Assembly: GCA_046538485.1 (NCBI GenBank)
Contig: JBKHIT010000014.1
Location: 23,083 to 87,082 of the forward strand
Source of the DNA: Candidatus Brocadiia bacterium
GTDB lineage: Bacteria; Planctomycetota; Brocadiia; SM23-32
Direction: 5' to 3'
DNA length: 64,000 bases
The position numbers and the translations under genes are program-made. Below the pieces are notes generated by a model. It saw only the letters and a list, made by a program, of their open reading frames with translations. It searched no databases and was not told the DNA's origin. Positions 60,469-64,000 of the stretch are shown piece after piece (the first letter of the stretch is position 1; every line of letters begins with the position of its first letter).

Positions 60469-61563
60469 ATGGCTATAGGCTTTAAAGGGGAGATAGAAGA
60501 TAGAAACGAAATCAGAGCGGGGTTCATCGGATCTGGCTCTCATTCTTTCAGGAACCTTTATCCAACGTTCCAGTTTACCCCGGTGAATCTGGTTTCGGTG
60601 TCTGATCTTGACATGCGTAAAGCGGAGGCTTTCGCCGACACATTTGGTGCGAAATCGGCCTACGATGATCACGAGAGAATGCTACAAAACGAAGATCTGG
60701 ATGCGGTTTTTTGCTGCACGGGATACGATAATCAGGGACGACCGATCTATCCTCAACTCGCCGTGGATTGCCTTCGTGCGGGTTGCCACGTCTGGACTGA
60801 AAAGCCCCCGGCGGCGTCCTGTACTGACATAATTCAGATGCAGGAGGCCAGTAAAACATCGGGGAAAAATGTCGTCGTTGGCATGAAGAAAATGTTTTTC
60901 CCGGCGAACGAAAAAGCGCGTGAGCTTATGAATTCCGATGATTTTGGTCGTCCCCATCTTGTCACGATTCAGTATCCCCAGAATATCCCGGAAGTCGAGG
61001 AATTCCGGCAATATTTTGAAAACGGAGTGTCCAACTCCGTTGTGTTTTTTCTTGGTCACCTCTGTCATCCAGCCTCCCTTATGGTTTACTTGCTCGGCAT
61101 GCCGGAATCACTCTATTACGAACGTAGCGAGCCAGGAGGTGGTCTGGCTACTTTTCAGTTCGATTCCGGGGCGCTGGCATCAATCGCTTTCACAAGTGGT
61201 GCTTCATCAAACGGTGGTATGGAGCGCACGATGATCGTGGCCCACAACGGGCGACACATATCGGTGGAAAACAATGTACGCGTGACACTACATCGCCTTC
61301 CTTCGCTGGGATACGGTGACGTCCCGGATTACTATCAGGGAAGTTCAGACGAAACCTCCGCCTCCTGGGAACCCGAATGGTCACTCGGGCAGCTTTATAA
61401 TAAAGGTCTCTTCCTGTTGGGCTACTACAACGAGATCAACGAGTTTGCCCAGTCTATACTTGAAGAACGTCCCCCGGCGAAAGGAACACTCGAACAGGCC
61501 TGGCAGGTAACCCGTATCTTTGAAGGATTTGCTGAAGGACCGGGCAAAGTCATATCACTGTAA
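60469..61563 (+). CDS. Gfo/Idh/MocA family oxidoreductase
   Basis: IRAGFIGSG, LDAV, HVWTEKP. Confidence 0.9.
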   Translation: MAIGFKGEIEDRNEIRAGFIGSGSHSFRNLYPTFQFTPVNLVSVSDLDMRKAEAFADTFGAKSAYDDHERMLQNEDLDAVFCCTGYDNQGRPIYPQLAVDCLRAGCHVWTEKPPAASCTDIIQMQEASKTSGKNVVVGMKKMFFPANEKARELMNSDDFGRPHLVTIQYPQNIPEVEEFRQYFENGVSNSVVFFLGHLCHPASLMVYLLGMPESLYYERSEPGGGLATFQFDSGALASIAFTSGASSNGGMERTMIVAHNGRHISVENNVRVTLHRLPSLGYGDVPDYYQGSSDETSASWEPEWSLGQLYNKGLFLLGYYNEINEFAQSILEERPPAKGTLEQAWQVTRIFEGFAEGPGKVISL

Positions 61564-61607
61564 GGGGAAACAATGGATGCCCCATCTGAAAAAACAAGGA
61601 GCTACTT

Positions 61608-61970
61608 ATGAAGGAAGCGAAAGTCCTGCGTGCAAGAGAGTGCGAGAAAATCGATGCGGACTGGGGCGCTCTTACCTGGTTTGCCAGTGGTGAACTGGGG
61701 AACTGCGATGAGATGACAGTGGGCAAATGCGTGATCAAACCCGATTGCGCCAATCCGGTCCACCGGCATCCGGCATGTTCTGAGGTGCTGGTGGTGTGCC
61801 AGGGTCGGATCGCCCACAGCATCGAAAACGGCGAGGAGGTTGAACTGGGAGAAGGCGATGTCATCACAATCCCCAGGGGAATGCCGCATAACGCCCGGAA
61901 TATATCCAACCAGGATGCCGTTTTGCAAATTGCCTTCTCATCCGCTGATCGCAGGGCGGAGGGCGAGTGA
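61608..61970 (+). CDS. Cupin domain protein
   Basis: HRHPACSE…GDVITIPRGMPHN; RBS AGGAG. Confidence 0.9.
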   Translation: MKEAKVLRARECEKIDADWGALTWFASGELGNCDEMTVGKCVIKPDCANPVHRHPACSEVLVVCQGRIAHSIENGEEVELGEGDVITIPRGMPHNARNISNQDAVLQIAFSSADRRAEGE

Positions 61971-61971
61971 C

Positions 61972-62727
61972 ATGAGAGCCTGTCAGATTGCTGTGAGCCC
62001 GTGTTCAAATCCTGAAATGAATCTGGACGAAGTGCTCAGCGCCTATTCCTCTCTTGGATATAGTAAATTCGAGGTCTTTACTTCGTGGGCCAGTAGTGCA
62101 GTTGATTATCATCGTTCCCCGGATGTTTATCTGGAAAAGGGATGTCGGTTTGACATGAATTTTACGTCAATGCACCTCCCACCGGTCAGTGCCGAATGCC
62201 CTGAAGCTACGCTGCAGGAAGCGTATACTGCAGCACAGTTTGCCGAGGCGATTGGCGTGGAGGTTGTTCTATACAAAGCTTCGGATCGATCAACCTACAT
62301 CGAAGCTGCTGAACCGTTTCTGAATGTGGTCGAAAATCTTTCTGTTATCCCCGTTATTCAGAACCACTACGGGACTCCGCTGAGCACCCTCGATGATGTG
62401 AAAGAGGTGTTTGAGGCGATTGGTGACCCGCGTTTGTATTCGCTCCTTGAGGTGGGACACTTTCATTCCGCGGGGGTGACCTGGCGAGAGGCGGCAGAGT
62501 ATCTGGGGGACTCCATTGCACTGGTACATATCAAGGACCAGATCGGACAGCAATCGGTGCCGTTCGGGAAGGGAGAGATCGACCTCCCCGGCTTATTCAA
62601 CTATCTGGACGACCGGGACTACAGGGGCCGTTACGTGGTGGAGATGGAAGTAACGGATGATGAGAATACGCTTTACTACCTGGAACAGGCACGTCATTAT
62701 GTTATGGAATTCTGTGAGGAGATGTAA
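61972..62727 (+). CDS. Sugar phosphate isomerase/epimerase TIM barrel
   Basis: QNH, EVGHF, VHIKD, VPFGKGEID, VVEME; ATG immediately after the cupin stop. Confidence 0.88.
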   Translation: MRACQIAVSPCSNPEMNLDEVLSAYSSLGYSKFEVFTSWASSAVDYHRSPDVYLEKGCRFDMNFTSMHLPPVSAECPEATLQEAYTAAQFAEAIGVEVVLYKASDRSTYIEAAEPFLNVVENLSVIPVIQNHYGTPLSTLDDVKEVFEAIGDPRLYSLLEVGHFHSAGVTWREAAEYLGDSIALVHIKDQIGQQSVPFGKGEIDLPGLFNYLDDRDYRGRYVVEMEVTDDENTLYYLEQARHYVMEFCEEM

Positions 62728-63707
62728 TGAACAGCGATCCGAGAATTGCCATTGTTGGTGCAGGCAGTCTGTCGACCCGGCGCATCTATCCTTATATTGG
62801 CGCTGCCGGCGGGGAGTTGGTGGGCGTGTGCGACCTCGATATCGAAAAGGCCGAGTGCAATGCGCGTCGGTTTGGTGGACGCGTCTATACTGATCTGGAG
62901 AACATGCTGGAGGAGGAACAGCCGGACGGGGTTATCATCTGCATCGGCCCGGAACAACATGCGGAACTGGCGCCCGTTGTGATGAACAGGGGGTTTCCAG
63001 TGTACACTGAGAAGCCACCGGCCGCGTCGGCCACAGCGGCGCTGGAAGTGGCACGCGTATCCGAACAGACGGGAACGCTGTGTACCACGGCGTTTAAAAA
63101 ACGTTATAATAATGCCTATTCCCGTGCAAAAGAATGGTTGAAAGGTTTTGACCCGCTGTCTCGGTATTCCATTTCCGTCGACTACGCGTCAGCCCAGTAT
63201 GATAACGATTCCCCCCGTTCGCTTTTTTTGCTTGATTTCGCCATTCACGTGATCGATCTGATTGGTTTCCTTTTTGGAGATGTGGATCGAGTGTTTGCCG
63301 TTTCAAAGGGGCTGGATGCCTATGCCGTGAGTCTGAAGTTTGCCACCGGCTCCGTGGGGAGTCTCAATTTGAATTGTGGACGCTCCTTCTCCGTGCCCAC
63401 CGAAGAGGTGGAGATTACGGTGGAAGACGGTAATTTCATGACCATCCATAATTCTTCCTGCTGGCGTATTACCGAGGACGGGCAACCGGGCGAGTGGTAC
63501 GAGCCCCCCACTTTTGTTAGTGCCGGGGACAGTGGCAACAATACGGGCCATATGGCGGAAATCGTGGATTTTATGGAGGCCATTCAGCAGGGACGAACCA
63601 CCCGGTCGAATATTTACGAGAGCTACAAGAGCATGGTCCTGTACGAGGCGATCGCTGAGTCAGCGAGAAAAGGTATACCCGTGGATGTGGAATATGCGTC
63701 ATTGTGA
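62727..63707 (+). CDS. Gfo/Idh/MocA family oxidoreductase
   Basis: RIAIVGAG, PDGV, VYTEKP, DFAIHVID; start overlaps the upstream stop. Confidence 0.9.
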   Translation: MNSDPRIAIVGAGSLSTRRIYPYIGAAGGELVGVCDLDIEKAECNARRFGGRVYTDLENMLEEEQPDGVIICIGPEQHAELAPVVMNRGFPVYTEKPPAASATAALEVARVSEQTGTLCTTAFKKRYNNAYSRAKEWLKGFDPLSRYSISVDYASAQYDNDSPRSLFLLDFAIHVIDLIGFLFGDVDRVFAVSKGLDAYAVSLKFATGSVGSLNLNCGRSFSVPTEEVEITVEDGNFMTIHNSSCWRITEDGQPGEWYEPPTFVSAGDSGNNTGHMAEIVDFMEAIQQGRTTRSNIYESYKSMVLYEAIAESARKGIPVDVEYASL

Positions 63708-63718
63708 AAGGTGCTACG

Positions 63719-63782
63719 GTGAATAGTTATAGTGTCACGAACACATCAGATCAAAGTAAAAGCGCTTTTACGCTCATTGAAC
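63719..63782 (+). pseudogene. Prepilin-like leader (5' exon) MNSYSVTNTSDQSKSA|FTLIE, interrupted by group II intron copy 2
   Basis: GAAAGG RBS, GTG start just after the Gfo stop, AFTLIE. GTGTG begins after the first base (C) of the Leu codon. Confidence 0.8.
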
Positions 63783-64000
63783 GTGTGCTCAGATAAGGCT
63801 GGGTAAACTTGCTGGGTGAGAGTCCCAGTCGCATTAGTTTCTCATTTCGAATGCGTAGCCCGACTGCCGGAGTCGCGGAACCAACAGAACAGGGGACCGA
63901 TTCCGATGCGCAGTGACAAAGTCGCGAGACGGGAAACCGCTCCAACTAGGGCGGGGACTTAAGGTCAGTCGGAGCGGCGAGGCAAACGCACAGACCGCAG
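63783..64000 (+). mobile_element. Group II intron copy 2, 5' end (runs off the window)
   Basis: 218 nt align without gaps to 59234-59451 with 8 substitutions (manual alignment). Confidence 0.88.

Noticed and set aside
1..64000. CRISPR array or cas genes
   Set aside because: No regularly spaced direct repeats or Cas motifs were seen.

Overview
Bacterial DNA, probably a PVC/Planctomycetota-type organism. This is inferred from the MoxR-DUF58-BatA-prenyltransferase-repeat cluster, the prepilin leaders and the sulfatases; many proteins are acidic. 1-19.8 kb is an accessory carbohydrate-catabolism patchwork (GH116, two sulfatases, GH33 sialidase, exported nucleoside hydrolase-CBM32 fusion, amidohydrolase, DegT aminotransferase) with several gene fragments, REP-like repeats and a ~100-bp MITE. 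20-40.8 kb is one long + strand cluster: two paralogous exported DUF6067/GH-like proteins, a MORN-repeat protein, MoxR, DUF58, vWA proteins, a 1615-aa protein, a prenyltransferase-repeat protein and a beta-propeller. 41-57.5 kb is housekeeping-like (GT2, cinA, argG, O-antigen-ligase-like, pilD, Ser/Thr kinase, PSP1/RicT, rubrerythrins, macrodomain, tRNA-Pro). Downstream of tRNA-Pro lies an island-like region with the most striking signal. Two copies of a group II intron (5' ends at 59234 and 63783) sit at the same nucleotide of two unrelated type IV prepilin leaders (G/A-F-T-L-I-E-|L). The putative EBS1 loop GUUCGAU can pair, using G-U wobble, with every ATY-GAR-Y coding of Ile-Glu-Leu. A third orphan prepilin leader breaks off 2 nt after a perfect target site. 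This points to a retroelement lineage specialised on the multicopy prepilin N-methylation motif, possibly shuffling leaders and pilin bodies.
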